Shown: one piece after another, positions 47,092-60,076 of the stretch
Layout: each line of letters opens with the position of its first letter
Numbering within the stretch: the stretch's first letter is position 1
Origin: Lama guanicoe
Taxonomy: Eukaryota
Reading direction: 5' to 3'
Length of the DNA stretch: 64,000 bases
NCBI GenBank assembly: GCA_013239625.1
Contig: MU053881.1
Coordinates: 806,001-870,000, forward strand
Translations under genes and position numbers: made by a program
Notes under the pieces: generated by a model
Databases searched by the model: none
What the model was told of the DNA's origin: nothing
The model's input: the letters and a program-made list of their open reading frames with translations, nothing else

Positions 47092-49206
47092 CTACTTAGT
47101 CTTTTTATCATTTCAATGCCACATCTCATTCTACCGTGCTGATATGTCAGCATTGTTTTTTAGTAAATCTTGTGTGGTGAGGTTGTCTCTAATTTTGCAA
47201 AGATGCTCTAAGCATCTCTGCGTTTAGTCCTGGTTTTAGTCAGGACTCTTGTTTGCAAGTGACAAGGATGACTTGAGTAGCTGAGGGAATTCGGTGCCCA
47301 GGCCTCCTGGGGGAGGGCCGTGCACAGGGTCCCCACAGTGCACTGATTTCATCCTGCCCTTGCTATCCAGAGCTATCATTTAACTTCCCCCTTCTTTGCT
47401 AGTTTAATGGGTGTAAAATGAAACCTCAATGTTGCTTTAATGTTACTAACAAGGGGTGAGGACGTTTACGGGTTTGCTTGGTGTGGGCGCCTTCCCCTGT
47501 GGCGATGGCTGTGTTTATTCCTCCGCTCACTGCCCACGGGGGCTGCTTGCAGACTCTGCCCGAGCAGAGGGCCCGGCCTCCGCATGGTCTTCCCATTTCT
47601 TAAGAACAGACAGAGCGCAGCTCCAACTGTGCAGCAAAGGCCAGTGTGTTCTGCTCCCGCCACGGGGCCAGCTCTGTTTCCGCAGGCTGCCTGAGAGGGG
47701 CCGAGGAAGTGATAAGTGAAAAGCCATCACAACTTCTGGAACCAACTCAAAGGACACACTCGGGTGGCTGGAACACCAGCAGGGCTCCGCCAGGCTCAGC
47801 GGTGTTGTCAGGAGAATGATTCCATTTCAGCAGATGCAGCCCCTGGGGAGAGGACGGGGGGCAGGTCTTCAGAGGATAACTTACAAAAAGCTGAAAAGCT
47901 GTCTGAAAGGTATTTGTGTCGGGGGAGAGAGCTTTGGGCTTTGCCTGAATCCAGTGTCCTTTGCGCCCCCCTTTTGTGGGGTGTCTGTGCAGCAATCACA
48001 CCCGCTTCATTTATTTCCCCCTTTTGGACAAAGCTGTGAGCAAAACACGACAAGCGGTGCTTGGTGTGGCCAGGGTGTAACTCAGTGGGTTGTGCACTGG
48101 TTCTCACAGTGTCTTACACAACGTCATATATGTTTGATACATTGCTTTACTTGAATAACAGTCTTTGGATTTCAGGAATTCCTGAGTTTGCTTCAGTTTT
48201 CTAAAATCTTTGCAAATAGAAGATGGTTCATAAGAGGAGTAGAAAATCTTATCTGATTAGTAATCTTTTTCCTTATTAGAAAGTTGGCTTTCATCTCTGA
48301 GAGTCGTTCTAAGGGTAACTGTGCAGGCTCATGCCCTGGGTCTCAGGTACGTGTGGGTGTCAGCATCCCTTTGCGGGAAGCACCGAAGAGGTTGGGTGTG
48401 AAAGATAAATCCTCACTCAAAATGAGACGTCCTCTCCTCTGGTTTCTCTCCTAAGTTAGATCTCATTTGCATTCTATTTTCCAGAAATTCCTCAAAGTAT
48501 GTGGTCCACCAAGAGCATCAATCTTGGATCCCCCCTTTTTGGGGGGAGACATATTCATTTGAATGGCTGTTTTCTCGTGCCATTCCTTGGCTATTTTTGG
48601 AAGTAGGAAATGCCATATGAATATGGTTCACTGTCTTGAATTGGACATTTCTGTTTGACTCATTGAGCTTTAAACATTTGACCCATCAGGACTTTATTTT
48701 AGTGAAGAGTATGGTTGTGACCTGGCATTAATTTTTTTTTAGTATTATTTTTAACTGATTAACTTTCTAGTGGCCTCAAGGCCTTTTATTGAATGAGATA
48801 TGCTTGCCCCACTGATTAGATGGTTCTCCTCTATCACGTATACCTCCACACTTGTACTTGCACTATTTCTGAAACTCCCTTGTCTGCCCTGACTTCTCCT
48901 TCTTGGCAGCGGCGCCGGCCGGGTTCATCACATCCAGGAGAGAATGCTGGTTCTGCTTTGCTGCTTCTGTGTTTCAGAAATTGTCTGGGCGTAATTTTAT
49001 TTTCCTTCTGATAGATTTCTTCCTTTTCCAAAAATTGTGAGGAGGAAAAAATAGAACAAGATACTCTCCTAAACTCAAAATCAATCAACCCATCAATCGA
49101 TCAGTCCAAGCCAAACCAAACCAAACTTCAAATCAAACAGAATTTTATTAAGATTTTGATTAGGGTGGAATTAAGCTTATAGTTAATATGGGAGAGAATG
49201 GACATC

Positions 49207-49640
49207 TGTATTAGTTTTCTAGACTGCAGTGACAAGTTGCCACAAATTACATGACTTAGAAATTTATTCTCTAAGAGAATAAAGAGAAGTAACTTAAGGT
49301 GTGCGCTCTCTGAAGTCTCTAGAGGAGAATCTGGTCCATGTTTTCCTCTTAGTTTCTGGTGGTTACTGGCAGTTTTTGGCGTTTCTTGACTTACAGACAC
49401 ATGACTCCAGCCTCGGCCTCTGTCACCACATGGCGTTCTCCCTGTGTCTCCTGCCTTTTCCTTCTGACACCAGTCACTTTAGATTAAGGGCACACCTACT
49501 GCAGGATGACCTCACCTTAACCAATTACATTTCCAACTTCCTAATTGAAAAATTGAATTCTGTTATTTCCTGATAAAGCAACACTCTGAGGATTTGGGAA
49601 GGACACGAGTTTTGGGAGGACACTCAAACCCAGTAGAACA
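49207..49640 (-). mobile_element. MLT1 (C-like) MaLR LTR
   Basis: 'tgtattagttttctagactgcagtgacaagttgccacaaa...gattaagggcacaccta...gatgacctcaccttaac'. Confidence 0.85.
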
Positions 49641-50553
49641 TCTTTAAAATTTGTATCAATATTGTATTGAAGAACAAGGTTTGTCTATTTATTCAAGTCT
49701 TCTTTTACTCTACTGAATATTTTTTTCATACAGTTTATTCCTAGTTAAAATTTTATTGTCCTTTTTTGAATGATACAGTTTCTTCTGTTACACCATCTAG
49801 CTGGTACTGTTTCTCTGTCCCATAACAAACTATAGGAAATCAGTTTTGTTTTGGATATAGACTTTATAACTCACTGAATTACCTTATTACTTTTAATAGC
49901 TTTCAGTCAGTTTTCTTGAGTTTTTCAGGTTTGTAATTGTATCGTCTATATATATTGATAATATTCAATCTATCTATATATATTGAATACTTAAACTTTG
50001 AATCTTGTTCTCATGTCTAATTGCATGGTCTTGTAGTTCTAAAACAATATCACATGAAGGTGACCATGGTGGTCACCGTTCTTAGTCCTGGCTTCTGACT
50101 TGGGGGCCACATAGAGTGTGAAGTCAGGAGAATGTGTAGGAAGCCTCATTGCTGCTGAGACCCAGACTCTGGCTAAAGGGGTATTTTGACATCTTGACCT
50201 TCTCAAGCTACTTCTCATCTGGACGGAGACTGGGGTGGTGAGAGGACAGCTCAGGTTTCCTGGGCAAGGCCGGCCACTGTCAGCACCGGGACCCACCTGG
50301 GCATCTGGGAGCTATTCCCTCACCCCGGCAGGCAGGCACTGGGGGGTGGACAGCTGCTCATGCCTGCCCTGCATCCATGGCCCCTGCTTGGTAGCAGGCC
50401 TCGCTCCTCTCCCGTCTGAGTCACAAGGCTTGGGCTGACTCCAGTACTCCAGGTCTGGCTGCTCACTGTATTCCGCTCTCGGGAATGGCAGTGGTTTGGG
50501 GCACGGGTGGAGGGGTTGCACCTGACTCAAGCCAGGCTAATTTTGGGACTCTC

Positions 50554-52049
50554 TTTTTTTTTTTAGTGCCTACTTTTTATTTATAGATATGTATTTTATT
50601 GAAGTATAGTTGATATACAATGTTGTGTTAGTTTCTGATGTATAGCATAGTGATTCAGTTATGCATATAAATACATATACATATTCTTTTTCATTATAGG
50701 TTATTACAAGCTACTGAATATAGTTCTCTGTGCTAAATAGTAAGATCTAGTTGTTTATCTGTTTTATATATAATAGTTTGTATCTGTTAATCCCAAACTT
50801 CTAATTTATTCCTCCCCACCCCCTTTCCCCTTTGGTAACCATCAGATTGTTTTTTATGTCTGTGAGTCTGTTTCTGTTTTGTAAATAAGTTCATTTGTAT
50901 AATTTATTTTTAGATTCCACATATAAGTGATATCATATGGTGTCTGTCTTTGTTTGAATTACTTCACTTAGTATGATCATCTCTAGGTCCATCCATGTTG
51001 CTGCAAATGGCATTATTTCATTCTTTTTTATGGCTGTGATATATATATATGTGTGTGTGTGTACACATACATACCACAACTTCTTTACCCAGGCATCTGT
51101 CAGTGGGCAATTAGGCTGTTTCCATGTCTTGAGTATTGTAAACAGTGCTGCTTGTGAACATTGGGGTGCGTGTATCTTTTTGAATTAGAGTTTTTCCCCC
51201 CAGATACATGTCCAGGAGTGGGATTACTGGATCACATAGTAACTATTTTTAGTTTTTTGAGGACTCTCCATAGTGTTTTCCACAGTGGCTGCACCAATTT
51301 ACATCCCCACCAACAGTGAAGGAGGGCTCCCTTTTCTCCACACCCTCTCCAGCATTTATCATTTGTGGGCTTTTTAATGATGGCCATTCGGACTGCTGTG
51401 AGGTGATATCTCATTGTAGTTCTGATCTGCACTTCAAACAGAATGGTGCTGGCACAAAAACAGACGTATGGATCGATGGAACAGAATAGAGAGCCCAGAA
51501 ATAAACTCACACACCTACAGTGAATTAATCTTCAACAAAGGAGGCAAGAATATATAATGGAGAAAAGACAGTCTTTTTAGCAAGTGGTGCTGGGAAAGCT
51601 GGACAGCCACATGTAAACCAGTGAAGTTGGAACACTCCCTCACACCATACACAAAATAAACTCAAAATGGCTTAAAGACTTAAATATAAGACAAGACACA
51701 ATAAATCTCCTAGAAGAAAACATAGGCAAAACATTCTCTGACATAAATCTTAGCAATGTTTTCCTAGGGCAAAATCCCAATGCAATAGACATAAAAGCAA
51801 AAATAAACAAACAGAACCTAATTAAACTTATAAGCTTTTGCACAGCAAAGGAAACCATAAACAAAATGAAAAGACAACCTATGGACTGGGAGAAAATAGT
51901 TGCAAACGATGCAACTAACAAGGGCTTAATTTCCAAAATGTATAAACAGCTCATACAACTAATAACAAAAAAACCAAACAACCCAATCAAAAAATGGGCA
52001 GAAGACCTAAACAGACCTTTCTCCAATGAAGACATACAGATGGCCAATA
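50554..52049 (-). mobile_element. Young L1 insertion with 5' inversion (twin priming)
   Basis: 3' part on minus 50554-~51434; upstream ORF2 part on plus ~51435-52049 (ORF 51866: [24 protein letters not shown]). Flanked by gggactct(c)ttttt at ~50545 and 52050. Confidence 0.92.
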
Positions 52050-52272
52050 GGGACTCTTTTTTAAGAGAAGGTCTCTGCCTTGTGGACCTGGGGTGGGGAA
52101 GGAGTTGTCCTGAAACAACTGGAGTCACACATGAGATGCAGCCTGGTTGAGCCTCAGACCAGCAATAGTGACAACGAGCCATGACAGTGTCCTTTGCTTA
52201 CCTGGATCCAGCCACAGTTACTCTTAGAGTTTGAAGCTACAGGAGCCAATAAAGACCTTTTTGGTTATGTCA

Positions 52273-52735
52273 TTTTTTTTTTTTGAAGTATACTCAGTTA
52301 CAATGTGTCAGTGTCTGGTGAACAGCATAATATTTCTGTTATACATAAACATACATATATTTGTTTTCATATTCTTTTTCATTAAAGGTTACTACAAGAT
52401 ATTGAATATAGTTCTGTGTGCTGTACATAAGAAATTTGCTTTTTATCTATTTTTATATATAAAAGTTAATAATTACAAATCTTGAACTTATGATTTTTCC
52501 CTTCCCACCCCCTTTCCCCAATAACCATAAGATTGTTTACTATGTCTGTGAGTCCATTTCTGTTTTGTAGATGAGTTCATTAGTGTCTGTTTTCTTTTTT
52601 TAGATTCCACAAAGAATGATAGCATATGGAATTTTTCTTTCTCTTTCTGGCTTACTTCAGGAACATCCATGTTGCTGCAAATGGCATTATTTTATTCTTT
52701 TTTTTGTGACTGAGTAGTATTCCACTATATAAATA
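52273..52735 (-). mobile_element. Young L1 3' end with TSD
   Basis: TSD ttggttatgt(c/g)at at 52261-52273 and 52736-52748. Confidence 0.9.
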
Positions 52736-52889
52736 TTGGTTATGTGATCTTGAGTTAAGTTTGCCCCTTTCAACTGGAAGACACTTGAAAAAATATCCAC
52801 CCTGTTAATGTCTGTCTGAAGCTCAGGAAGTTAGTTGGACCCAGAGCTGTACTCACCTGCAATTCAAGAATAGCATGGTCATGGGGCAT

Positions 52890-53180
52890 TTTGTGCCTGT
52901 TCACTCAGATAGCATGTGAGGAGCACCTAGTATGCGCAAGAGCTGTTCGAGCCCTCAGGATGCTGCAGGGATCAGAATGGATGACGATCCCTGTTCTCAT
53001 GGAGCTCACATCTCACTGGAGAAGGTGACTGATAAACACTTGAAAAAATGAACAAGCGAGTTATCTAATGTGCCACAGTATGATCGGGGCTGTGGAAAGG
53101 CAAAGAAGGGTAGGGTAAGGGGGGTGAAGAGGCAGCTTTTGGCATTAAAAAGGGTGTTCAGGTTAGCCTCACTGAGAAGG
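52890..53180 (-). mobile_element. L2 3' end
   Basis: 'gagcacctagtatgcgcaag...tccctgttctcatggagctcaca...gcctcactgagaaggtgcattt'. Confidence 0.7.
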
Positions 53181-55357
53181 TGCATTTGGGGCGAAGGTGG
53201 GTGGGGTGTGAGGTCCGTTACTGGGACGCGCCCCCTGCTTGGGGCCGGGAGGAGGTGGGAGAGATGGAGAGGTGGGTGGGTTTGCTGAGGGTAACTAGGA
53301 GCTGGAGCTGGCAGGACAGCGGGATGGGCAGGGCACCTGAAGGAGGGTGAGGGGGGCTTGAGAAGACGCCTAGGTCTGGACTGTTTGTCAGATGGGCCTG
53401 AACGGAGCAGGGAACTCCTGCCCCGAGGCAGGCGCCAAGTGTGTTGAGCTGTGATACCTTGGAGACGTCCAGGAGACTCCCGGGGGGCTGGTTCCATGGA
53501 CTGGGCCCTGGTGGTCCTTTCTCTAGCATCTTGGCTGCTGGCTGCATCTGGCCAGGATCCTTCTACAGGTGGGTTCGCTCGAGCTGGGAGGTGGGCTGGA
53601 CAGTTGAGGGCCTGGTCTCGCACCTGGCACCCGTCCAGTTCCTGGTGCCCTCCTGCCCTCCCTGCCCACCCCTGTGCTCAGCTGCAGGCCGGGCCAGGCA
53701 CAGCCACTACCCTGTGTCTGACCTTGGACGCGGCCCAGAAGCCTGTTTCCCTCTTGGGCAGCCCTGGGCAGGCAAATCCAAAACACCTGGGCTGAGCGTG
53801 GCCCGGCAGCACCAGGGGCCTCCCTGGCCTCCTTTCCCCCTGCCCTGTCCTCGCTCAGCAGCACCCACCGAGTCCACGCTCCTGTTCATGTTTGTTGTTC
53901 ACATTTCTCTGATGGATTTATTTGCCCTCATTTGCATAAGAAATACCACACTCCCCAACTTAACGAGCGAGCCCATCTGGCACTGCAGGCTTCCTCTCAG
54001 TGAGAGCTGTGCGGGCCAGGAGCTGCTATAATTAGGTCGTTCCCTTCCAGGATTGAGGAGGGACTGTCCGAGCAGGCTCTTGACACAGCCCCTGGACCAG
54101 GGCTCCCCGCAGCGGACCAGAGCCAGCCCCCTGGGCTGCCGGCTGTCTCACCTGTGTGCCCATCTGCGTGCACCGTCTGGGCTGGCCCTGCCTCTCCCAG
54201 ACTGTCCTTGGCCGGGCCACAGCTTGGCCACACCAAAGCAGGCATTTCGTAGTAACATTGCAAAACTGAGCTGGGAGCATCCTCGTGGCACTTGGTTGAG
54301 CGTGGCCCAGGCTGGAAGCTCCAGAAACCTGTAGTATGGTGTCATGGAAGGCATCCTCTGGAAACTCAGCTCTGGCCAGTCCTTATCTGGGCTATGTCAG
54401 AGGTGACACCCCAGAGAAGGTGCCCTAATCTCTCAGGTGTCACTCTGATGACCTCCATAGTAACCCCTCATCCACCCACCCACGGCTTCAACCCACAATG
54501 GTCCCTGCCCACTCCTCTGTGCCAAGCAGGCTCTGTGCTGGCCTCAGGACAAGAGGCGAGGGGCTCAACCTCTTGGTGGGGGAGGAGGGGAGCCAGAGGA
54601 CACAGGCACTCCCATGCGACAGCTAGAAGAGGGTGGGGCCGAGGGAGCCTGGCCAGAAGAGTGTCTGCGTCTGACTTGAGTGGGTCATGCCTGGTCCAGC
54701 ATCGGGGTGGCGTCCCCCAGGTCTCCCTGCCCATGAACGGAGTGCTAAGCCACCCATCTCTGCCCCGAGGCTGCCTTCAGGCACGGCTTAATCATGGCTG
54801 CCCTGGCGTCACTACTGCCCCCTGCTCAGCCCAGGAGTATTTCCTGTGTGCTTAGCACTTGTAGCCTCAAGAAGCCTCAGTTTTAGCAGTGGGATAAAAA
54901 TCCGTGCTGCTAAAGGAGAATTCCTAGGAAGGGGTGATGGAGCCCACAAACATCCCAGGAGGAAGGGACTGGGGAGCAGGGGCTGGGGAAGGTGGCAGCG
55001 GGCAGCACCCTGGAGTGCATTTTCCCTCCTTTTTGCTTTGCTTACAGGAAGGCTCAGGAGGGAGAGTAAGTCAAAGGGAGAATTTTCTAAGTTCTAAGCT
55101 GGCATCTAGAAAGAGACTGACAGGCTCCCATGAATGTGCCAAGCTGCCTCGAGGCTGGAAGCGGGTGGAACCGTGCCTGGACCTCTGGGACTCAAGTCTG
55201 GGTGTGAGGAGGAGGATTCTGATGCTAGAAAGAGCATGAGAGAGAGTGGTGAGAGTTAGTGAGTTCTTACTTCTTTGTGTTTCTTCCAACTAAATTCTAT
55301 ATTTGTATTTTTAGGAAATTGAGGTATCATAAAAAAGTGCTTAAAGTACACTGATAT

Positions 55358-55982
55358 CATCACCAAGCAGGACCCTAAGGGCCTTCCTGAGACAGACCCC
55401 CCCTCTGCCTGCCTCTTGTTGGTAGAAGCACTTCAGCCTCGTAGGCCTTCCCCAAGTTGCAAAGAGCACATTTAATCAGAGAAGAGAGAAAAGGGAGAAA
55501 CAAAGGAAAGCAGTCAAGTGAGACAAAATAATAACAGTTTAGCCATTAAACAAAGTCAAGGAACTTCAGCTCCTCCTCCGGATTTATAGATAATATTCGG
55601 AGCCGTATCCTTTGAGCTGTTTTGCAGAGAGTGAAACCCCCACGGGGTGGAAGAAGTTAACTGTGTGCTGCCCACGAGCGCGAGCGCGGAGACTCCAGGC
55701 CGGCGGGAACCAGGAGGGCGATTGGTTTCCAGCGACCTCCCCCGCAGCCAATCAGAAGAGCGCCCACGAGCTCATCACCCGCCCACAGCCCGCCCCCTCG
55801 CCCTGTCTTTAAAACCCTTCCCCTGCCAGCCGCTGGGGACTTTGGGTCTTTGGAACGTTAGCCTCTTGGGCTCCACGTTTGGTGCCACAGTGAACGCTGC
55901 ACTTCCCTTCGCCGCGGCCCGGGTGTCAGTAGACGGGCTTTACTGGGTGCGGGCAAGTGGACTCAGGTTTAGTTCAGCAGCA
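55358..55982 (+). mobile_element. Solo ERV LTR, related at its 5' end to the 5072/12084 family, CpG-rich 3' half
   Basis: Starts 'caccaagcaggaccctaagggccttcctgagacagacccc' (compare 12084); has CCAAT, GC boxes, tttaaaa and a U5-like end. Confidence 0.8.
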
Positions 55983-56016
55983 GCAGTAAGCAGATCTTTA
56001 CACATCTTTCTACGTG

Positions 56017-56586
56017 TGTAGAGAAGCCGACCAGCACTCTGTAAGGCTCTTGCATTAATTATGTTTTTTGTTTTTCGTATTTTAAGATGCTTTGGCATCG
56101 TCTGATGTTTTGCTGTCTGGGGAGAGACTGCCCCTCCCGGTCTGGAGACAGCAAACAACTTGCCTGCAAGTCTGCCTTTTATATGCAAACCAACCAATCC
56201 GAACTGCTTTCTTTGTGTCACTCACAGGTCAAGCCAATGTCCCCCTGCCCTAAATCACCCCGCAGCCAGATTCCAAACAACCAGAGGCCACCCCCACAGT
56301 CCAGGGCTTGCTGAAGTTATTTAGACCAGCCAGTCCTGAACTTGCTCACACTCGCCTACTTGTCACTCTCGTTTCTTCCCCGGGAAGCCGCAGTCTGGGC
56401 CCCGGCCATGCTTTCCCCCAGCTCCTTCTGTCTTCTGACCTATCTGGTGCTTCCCCAAGTGGCCCTTCATGGCCCGACATGCCCTGTCCTTTTGGGAACT
56501 GTAAGTTGTAAGCTTTTCTTTTAAAGGCCATTGTCTGTGTGTGTGTCACCTTAGCACATCTGATTAAAACAAAAGCCCATTAAGAC
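56017..56586 (+). mobile_element. Solo ERV LTR
   Basis: TGTAGAG start, 'atgcaaaccaaccaatcc' U3 motif, end 'tgtcaccttagcacatctgattaaaacaaaagccc'; inserted in an L1M tail. Confidence 0.7.
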
Positions 56587-57009
56587 GGCCCCCTCCCGTC
56601 CCTTCCTAGTCTGTACTTTCCTCCATCCCAAGAGGTAACTGCTGTTGCGATTTCTATCATAACAGAGTTTTGCCTGTTCTTGTCCTTCATATAAAGTCAT
56701 TTAGTGTTTTCCCTCGTGTGTCTGCCTTCTTTTACTCAACATAATGAGATTATCCAGGTTGCTGAGAATATTTCTCTCTCTCTCTCTCGGGCATAGTGTT
56801 CCATTAAATACAGAGGCCACGATTTACTCACTTTTTGTTGATGGGTGTTTGAGTCCCTCTCTGTACCTGTTTCTCATAGAGCTCCACATTTCATTGTTAT
56901 TAGACTCTTTTGCAACTATGAAGGAAATTTCAAGTATCTTACAAGTCGCAGCTGTGTGTGTCTTGTATTCTGCCTCTGAGAGCCTGGTGCCCAGTGACAG
57001 CTGCTCTCC

Positions 57010-57470
57010 ATCCGTTTGGCAAATAGTTCTTGAGCACTTTCCTTGTGCCATGGTGCTGTCCCAGGTGCCGGACTACCTCCCGCAAGGGGCTGCATTCTAG
57101 TGGTGATGGTGGGAGTGGGAAGAACAGATAGTAAGCAGGCAGGAAAACAGATCATATAATTTCAAGAAATGATATACACAAAGGAGAAAATAAAGCAGGG
57201 TGAGGGTGTTCAGTGTATGTGTGGGGGTGGTTAACACAGGCCGGGAAGTCAGGGCAGTGCTCTCTGGGAAAGTGCCTTTTAAAACATAACTGAATGCAGT
57301 GGGGGAGGAAGCCAACTGGGAAAAGAGCATTTCAGGCAGAAGGAATAGCATGTGCAAAGGCCCTGAGGCAGAAACATACTCTCGTAAGGTGCAGCAAGAA
57401 ACCCAGAGGGGCTGGAGAAGTGGACTTGAGGGGGAAAGTGGTAGGGGGAATGTGGCCCTGGACTTGAAAG
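57010..57470 (-). mobile_element. L2 3' end
   Basis: 'gaaaagagcatttcaggcagaaggaatagcatgtgcaaaggccctgaggcag'. Confidence 0.8.
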
Positions 57471-57807
57471 ATTGACAGACACACTAATGGTTATTCAGAC
57501 TCAGGTATTTGGGATACATTTTCTTGAAAATGAATAAAGTGAGCTTCTTTCTTCAAGGAAAATGACTAATAGTATTTGTGGCCAAAAAGAAAATTTGAAC
57601 TTTTAGGTGAAAATTAGAATCTTGGAAAACACATCCCCACCACTGTAAATTTAACAGCTTCTCGCTACAGAAAGACTTTGCTGATGAGAGTAATGATGAT
57701 ACTCACAAAAGTGATGCTTGGTATTGTTTAAAGCAACATGTCAACCTTTGGAAGCCCTGCATGACTTGGAGAACCAATGTTCTCTGAAGGGCCATGCATC
57801 ATGTTTC

Positions 57808-58282
57808 TGTGGGGAAGACAATCCTCCACTGTGCCTCTTTCTCACTCCCACAGGTCTCACTGGGTGTGCCAGGAATGCAACACCTGGCATTCTCTTTACT
57901 CAGGCTGTTCCTCCTGAAGTGTTTGTAGTGAGCAGCCTGAGGGAGGAGGCGCTGTCTCTCTTCAGGTCAAAGAGCAGGCTTGCTCACTGTGTGCTGGAGA
58001 AGGCATGGATCCCCAAGCTCAGGGTCCATCACTTGCAACACAAACCAACTACTTGTGTGGCATCTTACCTGGGCCCTTCCGTGCCACCTCTGTGGGACCT
58101 GAGGGACAGAGAGTAGTGATGTGAACAGATGGATGCCCACATGATTGCTGTGGAAGCGTGCTGTGGGCAATAAAGTCCTTTGTCACTGACACAGGAATCC
58201 CATGTCTTTTGCCAGCATCCATGAAATGGCAAGTTAATTCGGTAGCTTCTCAGTAGGGTAAAACCAAATCCCAGCCCTGACA
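57808..58282 (+). mobile_element. Solo ERV1 LTR (MER34/MER39-group-like) nested in Charlie
   Basis: TG...CA termini, AATAAA at ~58169, near-TSD gtttc/gttac. Confidence 0.75.
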
Positions 58283-58542
58283 GTTACAGAATCATGCAAA
58301 AAATGAGGCAAAGTACACATTCAGAGGCCAAGACAGAAAAATGAATTTTAATGGAGCAGAATACAGAAAGCTCATCACTGTGGTTTCAGAGTTCACACCA
58401 CAACCAGCAGAGCTGGAATTAGCTGGAAGGAACAAAGTTCAGGCACCTCTCGCAGCTGAGAGTGTCTCCTTGAGTCTGTACCCTGAGTGACTCGCTCACC
58501 TTGTCCTGGTCCTGACAACTAGACTTCAAGGAACTGCTTCTT

Positions 58543-58930
58543 TAAAAATGTTTTTTGAGGAACCACTATACTGTTTTCACACATATATGTAGAATCTAAA
58601 AAAAACACCAAATGAACAAATATAACAAAATAGAAGCAGACTCAGATGCAGAGAATAAACCAGTGGTGACCAGTGGGGAGAGGGCTGGGGGGGGAGGGGC
58701 AAAATAGGTGAAGGGGATTAATAGGTACAAACTGCTAGGTATAAAATACATAAGTTACAAGGATGGAATGTACAACACAAGGGATATGGTCAATATTTTA
58801 TAATAACTTTGTATGGAGTATAATCTATAAAGATACTGAATCTTTAAAGATAAGGTGGACAAGACAGCTACAAACCTGAAGCTAATAGAATATGGTAAGT
58901 CTACTATACTCAGTTAAAAAAAAGAATGAA
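58543..58930 (+). mobile_element. L1 3' end with short inverted 5' piece, nested in Charlie
   Basis: Antisense L1 'tttttgaggaaccactatactgttttc' (~58552-58578) followed by sense 3' UTR and A tail; TSD-like aactgcttctt / aacagcttctt. Confidence 0.75.
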
Positions 58931-59546
58931 ACAGCTTCTTGTTGAGTTCTGGGTTAGTATCAAGTAAGAAAATCCATGATGCTCTGAAAAGGCGATGAAA
59001 ATCTTCCTTTTCTAATTGCATCTCTGCAGGGCTCCCAAGCCTCTTCTTATGCTTTAACCAAACAACACATCACAACAAACCGAAGGCAGGAACAGAGATG
59101 AGAACCCAGCTGCCTCTCTTAATCCAGGCATTAAGGAGACTTGCAAAACTGCCAAACAATGGCATGCTTTCTATTCCCTTTCCCATTTGTCTTGGAAGAC
59201 ATAGTTTTTATTAAAAAACGTGTTATTTATAGAACCAGGCAATGAGCTTCTTGTTATTTTTAAAACAAGTTAATGAATGAATGTCTTCAAGGTGTCTCAG
59301 TTTAAAATTTTAACATGATAAACACTGATGGATCTAACTCACACAAACAAAATCTCTTTGGGATTCTCCATAATTGTTAAGAATGTAAAGGGGCCTTGAG
59401 ACCAAAAAGTTTGAGAACTGCTGGTCTAAATGCTTAAAAGCTATAAAGCAACCTAATGAACTGGCAAATAAAGTATGCTACGGCTCTAGCCTTGAAAAGT
59501 GCATCTTTAAAGTGGCATGGAAACCAGGTTCAAATTGAGAGCTCTT

Positions 59547-60076
59547 CTAAATGTCCATCAACAGGGCACTGGATAAAGAAGTTGTGGTATATTACACAAT
59601 GGGACACTACTCAGCCATAAAAAAAGAATAAAATAATGCCATTTGCAGCAACATGGATGGACCTGGGGATTGTCATTCTAAGTGAAGTAAGCCAGAAAAG
59701 AAAGAAAAATACCATATGAAATCACTCATATGTGGAATTTAAAAAAAAAGAAAAAAGAGGACACTAATGAACTCATCTACAAAACAGAAACAGACTCGCA
59801 GACATAGTAAACAATTTTATGGTTACCGGGGGAAAGGGAGTGGGAAGGGATAAATTTAGGAGTTTGAGATTTGTAAATATTAACTACTATATATAAAAAT
59901 AGATAAAAACAAATTTCTTCTGTATAGCACAGGGAGCTATATTCAGTATCTTATAATAACCTTTAATGAAAAAAAAATGAAAATGAGTATATGTATGTAT
60001 ATGCATGACTGGGACATTATGCTGTGCACCAGAAATTGATGCATTGTAACTCACTATACTTCAATTAAAAAAAAAA
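59547..60076 (+). mobile_element. Young L1 3' end
   Basis: ORF2 end and 3' UTR with A tail at 60067-60076; TSD-like tgagagctctt / tgagaactctt. Confidence 0.9.

Larger units (their letters stand above)
57478..59423 (+). mobile_element. hAT-Charlie1-like DNA transposon with nested LTR and L1
   Basis: 'tggttattcagactcaggtatttgggatacattttcttgaaaatgaataaagtgagc' through terminal 'gagaccaaaaagtttgagaactgctg'. Confidence 0.8.

Noticed and set aside
48066..48110. Possible additional SINE head (ggccagggtgtaactcagtgg)
   Set aside because: Only an A-box-like fragment; no B box, tail or TSD.
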